Positions 9,570 through 19,560 of a stretch of DNA of 64,000 nucleotides are shown piece by piece. Source of the stretch: an uncultured candidate division Zixibacteria bacterium (GTDB lineage: Bacteria > Zixibacteria > MSB-5A5 > GN15 > FEB-12); the NCBI GenBank assembly GCA_963664195.1, contig OY760907.1:896001-960000 (forward strand). Direction: 5' to 3'. The translations under genes were made by a program, and so were the position numbers. How positions within the stretch are numbered: position 1 is the stretch's first letter; every line of letters begins with the position of its first letter. The notes beneath the pieces were generated by a model. It saw only the letters and a program-made list of their open reading frames with translations. It was not told the DNA's origin and made no database searches.

Positions 9570-10157
9570 ATGGCAGAGGAATCCAAAAAAGTCCTGTCGC
9601 GCAGCGACCAGAACACGAAGAACCCGGAGGCAGCGTCCATTCAGTCACCGCAGGTGCCACTTGAGCGTTTCGATCTTCAGATCCTGCAGTCTATTCGGCG
9701 GATCATGCGGGCTGTGGACATATACTCACGCAAACTGAGGACGCAGTGCAAGCTGACTGCCCCACAACTGGTTTGTCTCGGCACGGTCGTCGAGCACGGA
9801 CCGCTGACCGTTTCGGGGGTCGCTCAGCGTGTGTTTCTCAGCCCGAGTACTGTCGTTGGCATTCTTGACAGACTGGAGGCGCGGGGATTGGTGAGGCGCG
9901 AAAGGGACACGTCTGATCGACGTGTCGTCAACACTCTGGCAACTCCGGCCGGTCACGAAATCGCTGCCAAGGCACCCTCTCCGTTGCAAGACGGGCTGCA
10001 CGGAGCCTTGAAGGGTCTCCCTGTTCTTGAGCAGGCGACGATAGCCCTTTCGCTGCAGAGGGTTGTCGATCTGATGGAGGCGGGACATATCGACGCGGCA
10101 CCGATACTTGAGACGGCTCCCATAGACGGCAAGATAGAAGTGGGTCCCGGCGAGTAG
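9570..10157 (+). CDS. MarR family regulator, EctR/CosR-like
   Basis: SIRRIMRAVDIYSRKL, LTAPQL, STVVGILDRLE, DRR wing, APSPLQD, VDLMEA..IDAAPIL; RBS GAGAGG before ATG 9570. Confidence 0.88.
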   Translation: MAEESKKVLSRSDQNTKNPEAASIQSPQVPLERFDLQILQSIRRIMRAVDIYSRKLRTQCKLTAPQLVCLGTVVEHGPLTVSGVAQRVFLSPSTVVGILDRLEARGLVRRERDTSDRRVVNTLATPAGHEIAAKAPSPLQDGLHGALKGLPVLEQATIALSLQRVVDLMEAGHIDAAPILETAPIDGKIEVGPGE

Positions 10158-10194
10158 AAAAGATTCCGCCGACGGATTGTCCAGTTGGATACAC

Positions 10195-10224
10195 ACGCCG
10201 GCCCCGATCGGGGGGCGTTTTTTG
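10195..10224 (+). terminator. Intrinsic terminator after MarR
   Basis: ACGCC-GG-CCCCGATCGGGG-GGCGT hairpin followed by a T-run. Confidence 0.6.
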
Positions 10225-10292
10225 TACCTGAGGACAAGCTCAAACGCACATTGCTACTTCTCCTGAACGCCTAGATACTCTATACTGCGATC

Positions 10293-10940
10293 ATGGATAT
10301 CCCAATTCTTGATTTTGATCATCTGTCGGTAGTCTTGAAAACCTGTGCCGCCGTTTTTGACAACAACGAACGCTTCATGCTGTCAGATACTGTGATCTCC
10401 CAGGCTATCAGTAGATTCAAAGACAATTCAGCCATTGAGGAAGTACTCCCCAAAGTCATCTTGATCAATTCCTTCTACTCAACTCAGATATATAGCACTG
10501 AACGCATTGCCGATCACATCATCAGCGCCGACATCGATAGTCGACTGCACGACGGCGACCCATCGGTGGTGGGAGACATCCGGCGGAGACACGGGATCAA
10601 GACGAAGAAGACCGACAAGGAAATCGACTTCTACTCGTTTGCGACGAAGTATGCGGCTCTTCATGAGCCGCAGAGATATGCCATCTTCGACGGGCTAGTG
10701 ATGAGATTGCTGACTGCTCTGAACGCACAACTGGGTTTCTGCCCGAGGTTCGCGCAGCCTGACCTTCGCGACTACTCCAGATACCTGTCGGTGGTTGACT
10801 CACTGGCAGACAGCACCGGCCTGAGTTCACTCAGATACAAGCATCTGGACCAAGGACTGTGGATCTATGCAAAATTCCTGTACTCTCCCGTCAACCTGTC
10901 GGAAAACGAAAGACACGTAATTCGCGATTGCCACCGCTGA
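10293..10940 (+). CDS. Hypothetical protein, possibly HhH-type DNA glycosylase-like
   Basis: KVILINSFYST, YSFATKYAALHEP..YAIFD, LDQGLW motifs. Confidence 0.55.
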   Translation: MDIPILDFDHLSVVLKTCAAVFDNNERFMLSDTVISQAISRFKDNSAIEEVLPKVILINSFYSTQIYSTERIADHIISADIDSRLHDGDPSVVGDIRRRHGIKTKKTDKEIDFYSFATKYAALHEPQRYAIFDGLVMRLLTALNAQLGFCPRFAQPDLRDYSRYLSVVDSLADSTGLSSLRYKHLDQGLWIYAKFLYSPVNLSENERHVIRDCHR

Positions 10941-10952
10941 CGTAATCCCCTC

Positions 10953-12218
10953 CTATTTCTTCCGCAACTGCCTCAGCATTGTCACCGCATTGTAGTTCTC
11001 GGGGTCCAGGTCCAGTGATTTCTGGTAGTTGACTATCGACTGCACCGTGTCGCCGGCAGCCATCAGACTTTCGCCGTAACTGTCATACGTATTGGAAGAC
11101 TCCGGATAGACCTCCGTGTTCAGTCTGAATACGGCCACCGCCTCCGGAATCATCTCACGAAACAGCAGTTGATATCCAAGTGTGTTCAGTTGCCGTTCGC
11201 CGAAGTCATAGCGGTCCGGCCCGGTTGACTTCAGTTCATGGAAGCGCGCAATTGCCGCCTCAATGCCTTGTTCAACAATCGCGTGTGTCAACGGATCGCA
11301 AATCGATATCGCCGCCTGTCCCTCCCGTTCGAGCTCGCGATGAATCGCCGGCAGGAGAAGTTCGTAGGCGGTGTGAGTCCCCTTGATATCCCAGATACGC
11401 CATTTCAACAGACCAGGATCGGCCAGTTCCTTTTCCCGGGTGTATCCCAGCTTGATTCCGTCGGAGACGAGCGCCGTAGCATAGTCAAGCATCGCAGTAT
11501 GTTCCACCATCTCCCCCGCGTTTGCAGTTGGGCCGTGACCGGGGATGATCGTTACATCGGGGGCAATCGAGTCAGACATCTGTCGGACGTGCTCGGTGTA
11601 CCGCGAAGGGCACCCGCCACGACCGTCGTCAACGAACGCAATCCGTTTCGAGAAATAGGCGTCTCCCGTACAGAGCAGCCTGGATTCCTCGAAATAGATC
11701 AGCAGGTCACCGTCGGTATGCACGTTCGGCACGTGCCACGCACGTATGTGATCACCGTTGAAGGTAAGCGTGAACTCGTCGTCGACGGCAAGATCGACCG
11801 GCGGTTTCGCAACCGTTGACGGCAGCGCGAAATACTCCCCCGCCATTCGACGGGCGGTTGCCCGGTGAGCAACGACCGTAGCCTCATCGGCCAGAGTGTC
11901 CACCGCGCCGATATGGTCAAAGTGAGAATGGGTGACGATTACATATTTGATATCCGCTCCCGGCTTCAGTTCCCGGACGGCGGCGATCAGTTTTTCTGCG
12001 GTTTCCTGATAACCCGCATCAACCAGCAGAATCCCGTCGTCACCAACCGATGCCACCACTGCAACGCTGTCGCGACCGATCGCGCAGTCTAACCGATACA
12101 GATGGTCGTTCAATTGGCTGACGAACACTTCGGGTGTTCCCGGACCGGGGCGATGCGCATAGCAGGCGGCGGCAAGCACGAGCAGTATTAATATAGTAGT
12201 GCAAGTCTTCTTCATCAT
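10953..12218 (-). CDS. Exported MBL-fold metallo-hydrolase with C-terminal TPR module
   Basis: Signal peptide; THSHFDH, HTDGD, TGD, PGHG; C-terminal LNTLGY...NTYDSYGE TPR. Confidence 0.88.
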   Translation of the reverse strand: MMKKTCTTILILLVLAAACYAHRPGPGTPEVFVSQLNDHLYRLDCAIGRDSVAVVASVGDDGILLVDAGYQETAEKLIAAVRELKPGADIKYVIVTHSHFDHIGAVDTLADEATVVAHRATARRMAGEYFALPSTVAKPPVDLAVDDEFTLTFNGDHIRAWHVPNVHTDGDLLIYFEESRLLCTGDAYFSKRIAFVDDGRGGCPSRYTEHVRQMSDSIAPDVTIIPGHGPTANAGEMVEHTAMLDYATALVSDGIKLGYTREKELADPGLLKWRIWDIKGTHTAYELLLPAIHRELEREGQAAISICDPLTHAIVEQGIEAAIARFHELKSTGPDRYDFGERQLNTLGYQLLFREMIPEAVAVFRLNTEVYPESSNTYDSYGESLMAAGDTVQSIVNYQKSLDLDPENYNAVTMLRQLRKK

Positions 12219-12587
12219 CTGACGATTCTCCTTCAATCTCTCTATCCAAACCGCAAGGCAGTTAACGCCTGGACACGTCTTCGTGTACTTCGAAAACAGT
12301 CAATGTGATGATTAAGAGGCAAGCAACTCTTTTTTCCAAAGCGCCGGAGCTTCAGGTTGGGGCACAGATTCCGATTAAAGGACAGAATGAGTATTCCTTG
12401 GAAGATCGACCCTGAGTTCTTATATTCACGATATCAACTTCGACGAAACATCTTCTGCTGAGCTACGTGAGGTATCTCAGGAGATGCGCATATACAAACC
12501 GTGAGGTCTGGCCCTGCCGGACTCCGGTGGGACTACTACAATTGAACCCGCAACGAACGTACGCTTTTTATCGTAGAGGGATTTCTT

Positions 12588-14795
12588 ATGTCTGCAGCAC
12601 GAACACTAACCTGTATCATGATTGCTCTCGTATTGACCTGTTCAGCACTGGCCGATGTGCCACGGGTCGTGTCGTATCAGGGACGACTGCTCAACTCCGG
12701 CGGTCAACCGGCCGATACGACCGTGGACTTGACGTTTTCGATCTACTCCGATACTGCCCGGACCAAACTGATTTGGGATGAAACGCATCCGGGAGTGGTC
12801 GTAACCGACGGCACCTTCTCAGTATTGCTCGGTTCGGTTGAAACCATGCCCACTGGATTTTTCGACGGCGCATTGCACGGATTGACAGTAACGGTAGGTT
12901 CCGACGCAGAGATGCTTCCGCCGGTGCCGATGGTATCGATGACGTACGCGCTTCGCTCACTCGTCGCCGACAGTGCGCTGGCCGTGAATCTCACCGACGG
13001 CTCTCTGCCGCTTGACGCGCTGGCACGCGACGAAGCAACCGACGGCTACGTACTCAAATACAGCGTCGCGGATTCCGCGTGGATTCCTGCTGAAGACCTC
13101 CAGGGCAGCGTCGGAACCGCAGGTGGCTGGACCGACCTTGGCACCGTGGTTCGTCAGCAGACCCTGACCGACCGGGTGGCGCTCGGCACGGCAACTCCTC
13201 TCGGCAAACTTCATGTCGAAGCTCCCGATGTCAACACTCCGGCCCTGCACCTGGAAGGCAGCAGCCGGGATATTGTCTGGCGAAGCGGCGAGCATTTGCA
13301 GGTAGGAGAATGGGACGGCACTACCTTCGAGGAGCACCTCCGGATTACAAACACCGGCGACGTCGGTTTCGGCACGGGTGCCCCTCTTGCCCATCTGCAT
13401 ATTATGGGCGAGGATCTGGGTGTGACTGAAGACGCTATCCGATTCGACGACCTTGTTGTGGAGGATCAGGATGCTGTGATGAGCCTGTACAGCAATGCAG
13501 CCGGCAGCGCGGGATCGGCGTTCGGACTGGGCGAGATCGACCCGGCCACCGGCGATTTGGTGGACAAATGGGGTTTCGCCAGATTGACCTCCGGAGCAAA
13601 CAGCGATCTTCGCCTCACCTTCGGAACCAACCCGCATCCGTACGACAACATTACCACGATGGCATTTACCTCCAGCGGCCATGTCGGGATCGGCACCAAC
13701 TCACCGGACGACGCCAAGCTGCAGGTTTCGACCAGTCTCGACCATGCAATCATCGGCAGCAGCTACATCTATACTTCCGGCGACTCGTGCGTTGGTGTAC
13801 TTGGCACCGCCGGTGTCGGAGTGTCCGGATACCCGGTCGGCGTTATCGGACGCGCAACAACGGGCACCGGCGTACTTGGTGTCGGCAATGACGAAGGGAG
13901 CGGCTGTGGTGTGATCGGCAGGGGAATGACCGGCGTCAAAGGACAAGCTGACGATGCTACCTACAGCGTAGGCGTCCTCGGCGAAGCTGCGAACTCAGCC
14001 TACTCGGTTGGCGTTCACGGCACGGCGGGAGCCGGGATCAGCAACGGTGCAGGTGTCAAGGGGGAAGCATTTTACTCGACTTCGATAGGCGTTCACGGCG
14101 TCGCCGAGGGACTAAACGGACGTGCCGTCCGGGGTGAGGCAACCAACAGTTCCGGTTCCGGGCAGGGATACGGCGGTTGGTTTTCATCTGACGCGGGGTT
14201 GGGGCGCGGTGTATTCGGAGAGTGCTCCGGCGCCAATGGTACCGGCGTGTATGCGCTTGCCTCGGGAACCTCCGGCACCGGCATCTATGCCCAGGGGGGG
14301 GTCTCAGGCAAAGCAGCGACATTCAGAGGCAATGTGCAAATCCTCGCCCGCGGGACAGGTTCTCCCGTACTTGAGCTTGGCGAAGGCCTCGATTACGCCG
14401 AAGGATTCGACGTCACCGGGCACGACAATATCACGGCGGGAATGGTACTCGCAATCGATCCGCAAAACCCCGGTCAGCTCGCCCTTGCCGACGAACCGTA
14501 CGACACAAAAGTGGCGGGTATCGTTGCCGGTGCAAACGGACTTGGCTCCGGAGTGCGGCTTGGCGGGAAGAGCTTTGATCGCAATGTCGCCCTCGCGGGA
14601 CGCGTGTATTGTTACGCTGACGCCTCGAACGGTGCAATCGAACCGGGCGACTTGCTGACGACTTCCAGCAAACCGGGCCACGCCATGAAAGTCGATGACT
14701 ACTCCCGAGCTCGGGGTGCGATCCTCGGCAAAGCAATGGAACCGCTGGCGCAGGGCGAGACGGGAATGATCCTCGTACTCGTCACGTTGCAGTAA
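12588..14795 (+). CDS. Large exported Gly-rich repeat protein (fibre/adhesin-like)
   Basis: Signal peptide; YQGRL N-domain; (V)G(I/F)GTxxP repeats; many GV.G repeats; C-terminal DYAE...GDLLTTS..PGHAM...ILGKA. Confidence 0.75.
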   Translation: MSAARTLTCIMIALVLTCSALADVPRVVSYQGRLLNSGGQPADTTVDLTFSIYSDTARTKLIWDETHPGVVVTDGTFSVLLGSVETMPTGFFDGALHGLTVTVGSDAEMLPPVPMVSMTYALRSLVADSALAVNLTDGSLPLDALARDEATDGYVLKYSVADSAWIPAEDLQGSVGTAGGWTDLGTVVRQQTLTDRVALGTATPLGKLHVEAPDVNTPALHLEGSSRDIVWRSGEHLQVGEWDGTTFEEHLRITNTGDVGFGTGAPLAHLHIMGEDLGVTEDAIRFDDLVVEDQDAVMSLYSNAAGSAGSAFGLGEIDPATGDLVDKWGFARLTSGANSDLRLTFGTNPHPYDNITTMAFTSSGHVGIGTNSPDDAKLQVSTSLDHAIIGSSYIYTSGDSCVGVLGTAGVGVSGYPVGVIGRATTGTGVLGVGNDEGSGCGVIGRGMTGVKGQADDATYSVGVLGEAANSAYSVGVHGTAGAGISNGAGVKGEAFYSTSIGVHGVAEGLNGRAVRGEATNSSGSGQGYGGWFSSDAGLGRGVFGECSGANGTGVYALASGTSGTGIYAQGGVSGKAATFRGNVQILARGTGSPVLELGEGLDYAEGFDVTGHDNITAGMVLAIDPQNPGQLALADEPYDTKVAGIVAGANGLGSGVRLGGKSFDRNVALAGRVYCYADASNGAIEPGDLLTTSSKPGHAMKVDDYSRARGAILGKAMEPLAQGETGMILVLVTLQ

Positions 14796-14807
14796 GGAAA
14801 GACCGTT

Positions 14808-15902
14808 ATGAAACTCCAAAGAATAGCAAAAATGCTCTTCGGTCTGATCCTGCTGTGGCTGGCGGTGGGTACAGGGGTGGCAATACCGACCTCGGTTAGC
14901 GCGGAGGAAAACTCGAACCCCGTGATCGTCGAAATTGAGCCACTTGATCCGCCTCGGGAATGGCGCATTCTCGAGGACGACATCATGGTAACCGAGGAGT
15001 GGTACGAAAAGCAGAAGACGGACAAGACCTGTTGGTCGAGCAACTTCTGGCCCGGCGATGTCGTACCGTACGTGATCCATTCAAGCGTTGATTCCGCACG
15101 GACCGAAGTCATCATGTCCGCCTTTGCCACCTGGGAACGCGTATGCGATATCAACTTTGTGCCGCGATCAGGCCAGGATGATTTCATACGAATCATTGCG
15201 GATTCTTCGACCAACAGCTCCTTTGTCGGCCCGCAGGGCGGACGACAGGATGTGAAGATTAGCAGTTGGGGCCGTATCACGGTCTGCCACGAGCTGAACC
15301 ACGCCATGGGATTTTTCCACGAACAGTCACGCCCGGACCGCGTCAACTACGTCCAGATCAACTGGGACAATATCGATAACGACATGGACTACAACTTTGA
15401 AATACACCCGGTGTCAGGGCGCTGGACGGGACGCTACGACTTCAATTCCATAATGCACTACAGTTCCTGTGCCTTCGCAAAACCCGGTTGTTCCCCCGGA
15501 TGCTGCACGACTATTACCGTACTTCCGCCGTATCACGACGAATTTCAGACCGTCCTTGGCAACCGCACGGAGTTAAGTCACATGGACTCGCTCACAGCCA
15601 AGTTCATGTTTTCGGATCACACCGACTGGAGTTTCACTGCGGTGCGCATGGCGGCGGACTACGGAACGTTTGCCAATCCGTACACGTCGTGGTGGAACGC
15701 GTTCAATCTAATGCCGGTGGGTGACACGTTATGGATGCTGGAGGGTGAGTATTTTGAAGCCTCGGGCGTGTACTCAAAGGAGGCATTGATACACAACGCG
15801 CTGGAGCCGGTGACGATTGGGCCTGATGAGTCGAGCGGCATCTGGTTCGGGATCAACGGTCAGATCAAGATGTACCCGGATGGCGGGATAGAGGTGTTTT
15901 GA
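14808..15902 (+). CDS. Exported astacin-like (M12A) metallopeptidase
   Basis: HELNHAMGFFHEQSRPDR zinc motif and Met-turn SIMHY; signal peptide. Confidence 0.92.
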   Translation: MKLQRIAKMLFGLILLWLAVGTGVAIPTSVSAEENSNPVIVEIEPLDPPREWRILEDDIMVTEEWYEKQKTDKTCWSSNFWPGDVVPYVIHSSVDSARTEVIMSAFATWERVCDINFVPRSGQDDFIRIIADSSTNSSFVGPQGGRQDVKISSWGRITVCHELNHAMGFFHEQSRPDRVNYVQINWDNIDNDMDYNFEIHPVSGRWTGRYDFNSIMHYSSCAFAKPGCSPGCCTTITVLPPYHDEFQTVLGNRTELSHMDSLTAKFMFSDHTDWSFTAVRMAADYGTFANPYTSWWNAFNLMPVGDTLWMLEGEYFEASGVYSKEALIHNALEPVTIGPDESSGIWFGINGQIKMYPDGGIEVF

Positions 15903-16026
15903 GTGTCTTGCGATAAGCACGCCCTCAGTCAACACAAACCCAAATGTGATTGGCATTGCACTCTTCAATCCGTAGATTAGAGAAAGTAGACGAACTCAAC
16001 TCTATCGCCACGTTTGGAATGATACA

Positions 16027-16617
16027 ATGAATCAAAAAGACTCCGGTCACGCCGGCACAATCGCTGTCGATGTCGTCAAAGCTGCATTCACAAGCCAGAT
16101 GCATGCCGCGCTTTCTATGTTTCGTATTGCTGTCGAGAAATGCCCCGAAGAGCTTTGGGCCGACAAGAGCTACACGAATCCATTCTGGCGGATTGCCTAC
16201 CACGCACTTTATTTCACGCACTTCTATACGCAGCCGACCGCTGAAGATTTCACTCCCTGGGAAAAACACCAGACGTTTCTTCAGGACCTCGATGACGTCC
16301 CTGCTCCGCCGGACATTCAGGTGCTGGGCGAACTGCCGCACCGTCCGCCGCAAACCGGCGTGCCGCTCACAAAAGCTGAGATATTGGAATACCGGGAACT
16401 GTGCGAAAACACCCTCGACAGTGCAATCGACGCCATCGACATCACTTCCCCCGAGAGTGGATTCAGTTGGTACAGAATCCCGAAGCTCGAACACCTGTTT
16501 GTAGCGCTCCGGCACTTGCAGCTTCATACCGGGCAGCTTGGCGAACGGATCAGAACAACTGCCAATGTCGGCGTGGGCTGGGTAGGCGCCAAAGGACGCC
16601 CACCTTTCCCGGAGTAA
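16027..16617 (+). CDS. DinB/YfiT family protein
   Basis: CPEELW, FWRIAYHAL, RHLQLHTGQL. Confidence 0.8.
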   Translation: MNQKDSGHAGTIAVDVVKAAFTSQMHAALSMFRIAVEKCPEELWADKSYTNPFWRIAYHALYFTHFYTQPTAEDFTPWEKHQTFLQDLDDVPAPPDIQVLGELPHRPPQTGVPLTKAEILEYRELCENTLDSAIDAIDITSPESGFSWYRIPKLEHLFVALRHLQLHTGQLGERIRTTANVGVGWVGAKGRPPFPE

Positions 16618-16808
16618 GCGCCGTTTTCGCAATCACGAACAACCGGGCACGGGCACTCTTTTGGCGTGAACAATTCGGGTGTTGCGGGCATTACATATCG
16701 TAATTAGCCTATCGCGGCCTTGGGAAACAGGTTGACTCGCGGCCGGGTTGGCAGCACATTCCGAAAAGCACAATCTTAAAGGCAGATTCGTACTGGGAGT
16801 ATCAAGGC

Positions 16809-17474
16809 ATGAAGAAGTTTCTCGTAGCGGCAGTATGTTTGACGGTGATTATCGCCCTCGTCGGTTGTGGCATGTCACGCAAAGAGCGCGGCGCCCTGAT
16901 CGGTGCCGGTGGCGGCGCGGTAGTCGGCGGCGTAATCGGTAACCAGGCCGGTAACACGGCCGTCGGCGCAATCCTTGGCGCGGTAGTCGGTGGAGCGGCA
17001 GGAGCCTACATCGGAAACTACATGGACAAACAGGCCGAAGAGATTGAGCGGGACCTTGAAGGTGCCACTGTGACGCGTGTCGGCGAAGGAATCAAAATCA
17101 CGTTTGCTTCCGGCATTTTGTTCGACGTCAACAAGTCCAATCTTCGCGATGAGGGCTACACCAATTTGCAGAACCTCGCCGAAATCCTCAACAAGTATCC
17201 GGATACGGAAATCCTGGTCGAGGGTCACACCGACGCTACCGGCACTCGCGACTACAATATGACGCTGTCACTTCGTCGGGCGCAGTCGGCCGTCAATAAC
17301 ATGGCCGGTTTGGGCGTGACGGCGACGCGGTTCCACATAATGGGCTACGGTCCGGATCAGCCGGTAGGCGACAACGCGACCGAGGCGGGTCGCCAGGCCA
17401 ACCGTCGCGTGGAAATCGCTATCTACGCCAACGACAAACTCAAAGGCACTGCAGAGAAGCAGATCGAAGGTTAG
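16809..17474 (+). CDS. OmpA-family lipoprotein with glycine zipper
   Basis: Lipobox LVGC; Gly zipper; VEGHTD, LSLRRA, NRRVEI. Confidence 0.93.
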   Translation: MKKFLVAAVCLTVIIALVGCGMSRKERGALIGAGGGAVVGGVIGNQAGNTAVGAILGAVVGGAAGAYIGNYMDKQAEEIERDLEGATVTRVGEGIKITFASGILFDVNKSNLRDEGYTNLQNLAEILNKYPDTEILVEGHTDATGTRDYNMTLSLRRAQSAVNNMAGLGVTATRFHIMGYGPDQPVGDNATEAGRQANRRVEIAIYANDKLKGTAEKQIEG

Positions 17475-17496
17475 AGCAAGCTTCGAGAAGCAATTG

Positions 17497-17530
17497 AGGC
17501 GGTCTGCCGGAAACAGTAGGCCGCCTTTTC
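17497..17530 (+). terminator. Intrinsic terminator after OmpA gene
   Basis: AGGCGG...CCGCCT stem followed by TTT. Confidence 0.55.
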
Positions 17531-17542
17531 TACGCGCATTGC

Positions 17543-17602
17543 GTGCGGTTGGACGACCTCAAAACACAAACCCTTACCCGCTATGTGCTGTTGGACGACC
17601 CC
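17543..17602. repeat. Short direct repeat GTGC(G/T)GTTGGACGACC, two copies
   Basis: Copies at 17543 and 17585; second forms hairpin TGTTGGA...TCCGACA. Confidence 0.45.
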
Positions 17603-17714
17603 ATCCGACAGCTATCAACGAAACAACACGTCACTTCCGAGGCCGTCAGGTGGGGACACACCGTGTCGCTGACACCTTACGGCTCATACAAGGGAAAGGT
17701 CGGTGCCTTCCGGC

Positions 17715-17769
17715 CTACCCCTTGCCTCTCCCGAACAGGACGCTGAAGTCTATCGTGAATGACGGGCCG
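17715..17769 (-). pseudogene. Orphan 3'-end fragment of a paralogue of the beta-barrel gene at 20249-20923
   Basis: Translates to GPSFTIDFSVLFGRGKG* versus GPSFTIDFSVLFGKGKK*; 45 of 55 bp identical to 20249-20303. Confidence 0.8.
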
Positions 17770-17823
17770 ACTTTTCTTTGTCTAGGTCGCCCCGCTGGTT
17801 CTCTTTTGATCACAGACAAATCT

Positions 17824-18984
17824 CTATAACTCGTTAAAGGCAATCACCGCCATGCCTCCCGCGCCCTCGCGAGTGATGCTGCCCAGGTGACGGTCGTAGT
17901 GGAAATTGGCGCTGTTGTGTGCGATGATATCGTTGGCCACGATCGATCCGTAGAAATCCCCGGAGTTTCGCAAGTCGGCAGACCCGTTCGGCGAGTAGAA
18001 TGTGGCGGACATTCCGCCGCTGTTCTTGAGCACGAAATCGCCCTGCGAGTAAATGATCAGGTCGCCCGGTGCGCCGCCCGCATTCATTGAGGCGGAATTC
18101 TTCAGTTCAATATCTCCGGTCACGTAGATAGTTACGTCCGCGCCCGGTGCCACTTCAAGCGATGCCGAATTCTTCAGCGTAATGTCGGAGAAGTAGTACA
18201 CTCCGCTGGAAAGAGTCACGGTGCCGGTGCTCAGTAGTGTCCCCGACCCCGCGTCATAAGAGTACGACCCGGATAGCCCGGTGCCTGCGTCATTGACGGT
18301 CTCCGCCCAGTCGAATTCGCTCTGGGGAATGTCCGGTATTTCCCGTTCCGGGGCGGCATCTGTAGTCGTACCGGTGACGGTGGCTCCAACATGAACGTAT
18401 GCACCTCCGGCAAGCGCCGAGGCAACATCGCCGCCCACGAAAGCACCGTTTCTGACAACGATATTTCCGTTTGAACCGACATCGCCGCTTTCATTGAGCC
18501 GGGTAGCGGCGTAGCTACCCGAATCTGAATTGTAGGAGTCCGTAACGAAACCGTTCTTGATCTCCACGTAACTCTTGGCAAAAAACGCATTGGCAAACGG
18601 GTTGAACGTCCCCGGGGCCACCCACAACTCTATTACTGCTCGAGATCCGAGGAACTCGCCTGTGGACCGCAGGACTACCGTGTCTACCAATGCGGAGTCG
18701 ATCGTCGAATCCACAACTACAACGGAATACGTCCCGTTGCTGTACGACACATTGCTAAAACCGGCATTCCAGGACGGGTTGCTGCTTACCTCGGCGTAAG
18801 CGCGACGTGCCCCGGATTGCGAAATATAAAAGGCCTTGTCCGCATGCAGTTGATTGAAGGACAGCTCGTTTTCTGAAACCGATGATTCAATAGCCATTAG
18901 CCCCAGCATAGATACCATGCCGATTATTATCAGAGAAATCAGAATGGCACTGCCCTTTTCGTTTCTTAACCTGGACTTATCCAT
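17824..18984 (-). CDS. PilX-like minor pilin with beta-rich C-terminal domain
   Basis: Class III signal EKG|SAILISL without Glu5; KAFYISQSG PilX-N motif; repeated (L/V)KNS. Confidence 0.8.
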   Translation of the reverse strand: MDKSRLRNEKGSAILISLIIIGMVSMLGLMAIESSVSENELSFNQLHADKAFYISQSGARRAYAEVSSNPSWNAGFSNVSYSNGTYSVVVVDSTIDSALVDTVVLRSTGEFLGSRAVIELWVAPGTFNPFANAFFAKSYVEIKNGFVTDSYNSDSGSYAATRLNESGDVGSNGNIVVRNGAFVGGDVASALAGGAYVHVGATVTGTTTDAAPEREIPDIPQSEFDWAETVNDAGTGLSGSYSYDAGSGTLLSTGTVTLSSGVYYFSDITLKNSASLEVAPGADVTIYVTGDIELKNSASMNAGGAPGDLIIYSQGDFVLKNSGGMSATFYSPNGSADLRNSGDFYGSIVANDIIAHNSANFHYDRHLGSITREGAGGMAVIAFNEL

Positions 18985-18992
18985 ATTCGCTC

Positions 18993-19550
18993 CTAGAGCC
19001 TCAAATTCCTGATAAGGACCCGTTCGGTGAAAGTCAAGTTCCGCACTCCGTTGTTGGTCACGAAATCTCCGTCCGGTCGCATAGTCCCCACGGTAAGTGT
19101 GATCTCCACCGTCGAGGCCGACAGAGCCGTAAATGACAGCCCGACAATCTGATCGCCGTACACGTCCGACGTCGCGCTGTTGACTTTCTTCATCAGCTTG
19201 CCCGTAGGAATGGAGCTTTGATCTACTGCCTCGTTATAGTCAACGTAATACGCCACGGTGTCCACTGGCTGCGTATCGCTGTAATATACAAACAAGGAAT
19301 CACCGCTGATTCGGTAAGGAACGTGTGATCCTATCTTGAAGCCGGCCTTCCGCAGCGTCCGGACCATTTCCTGAAGGTTGTTGCGACCGGCCTGCTGCAT
19401 GTCACCGATATCTTCCTGGGTCAACGTATGACTGTGCACATTAGTATAGAAGCGCATGCACGTTATCGAGATGATCCCGGTCAGGAACAGCGCAATAAGC
19501 ACCTCTATCAGCGTGTACCCTCTCCTGTTGGATAGCTTGCTCATACTCAC
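18993..19550 (-). CDS. PilW-like minor pilin
   Basis: RRG|YTLIEVLIAL prepilin cleavage/methylation site; LRKAG. Confidence 0.85.
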   Translation of the reverse strand: MSMSKLSNRRGYTLIEVLIALFLTGIISITCMRFYTNVHSHTLTQEDIGDMQQAGRNNLQEMVRTLRKAGFKIGSHVPYRISGDSLFVYYSDTQPVDTVAYYVDYNEAVDQSSIPTGKLMKKVNSATSDVYGDQIVGLSFTALSASTVEITLTVGTMRPDGDFVTNNGVRNLTFTERVLIRNLRL

Positions 19551-19560
19551 CGCCCCTCCC

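Noticed and set aside
12588..14795. Prophage tail gene
   Set aside because: Has a signal peptide and no phage genes nearby
17543..17602. Direct repeats as a mini-CRISPR
   Set aside because: Only two short copies and no cas genes
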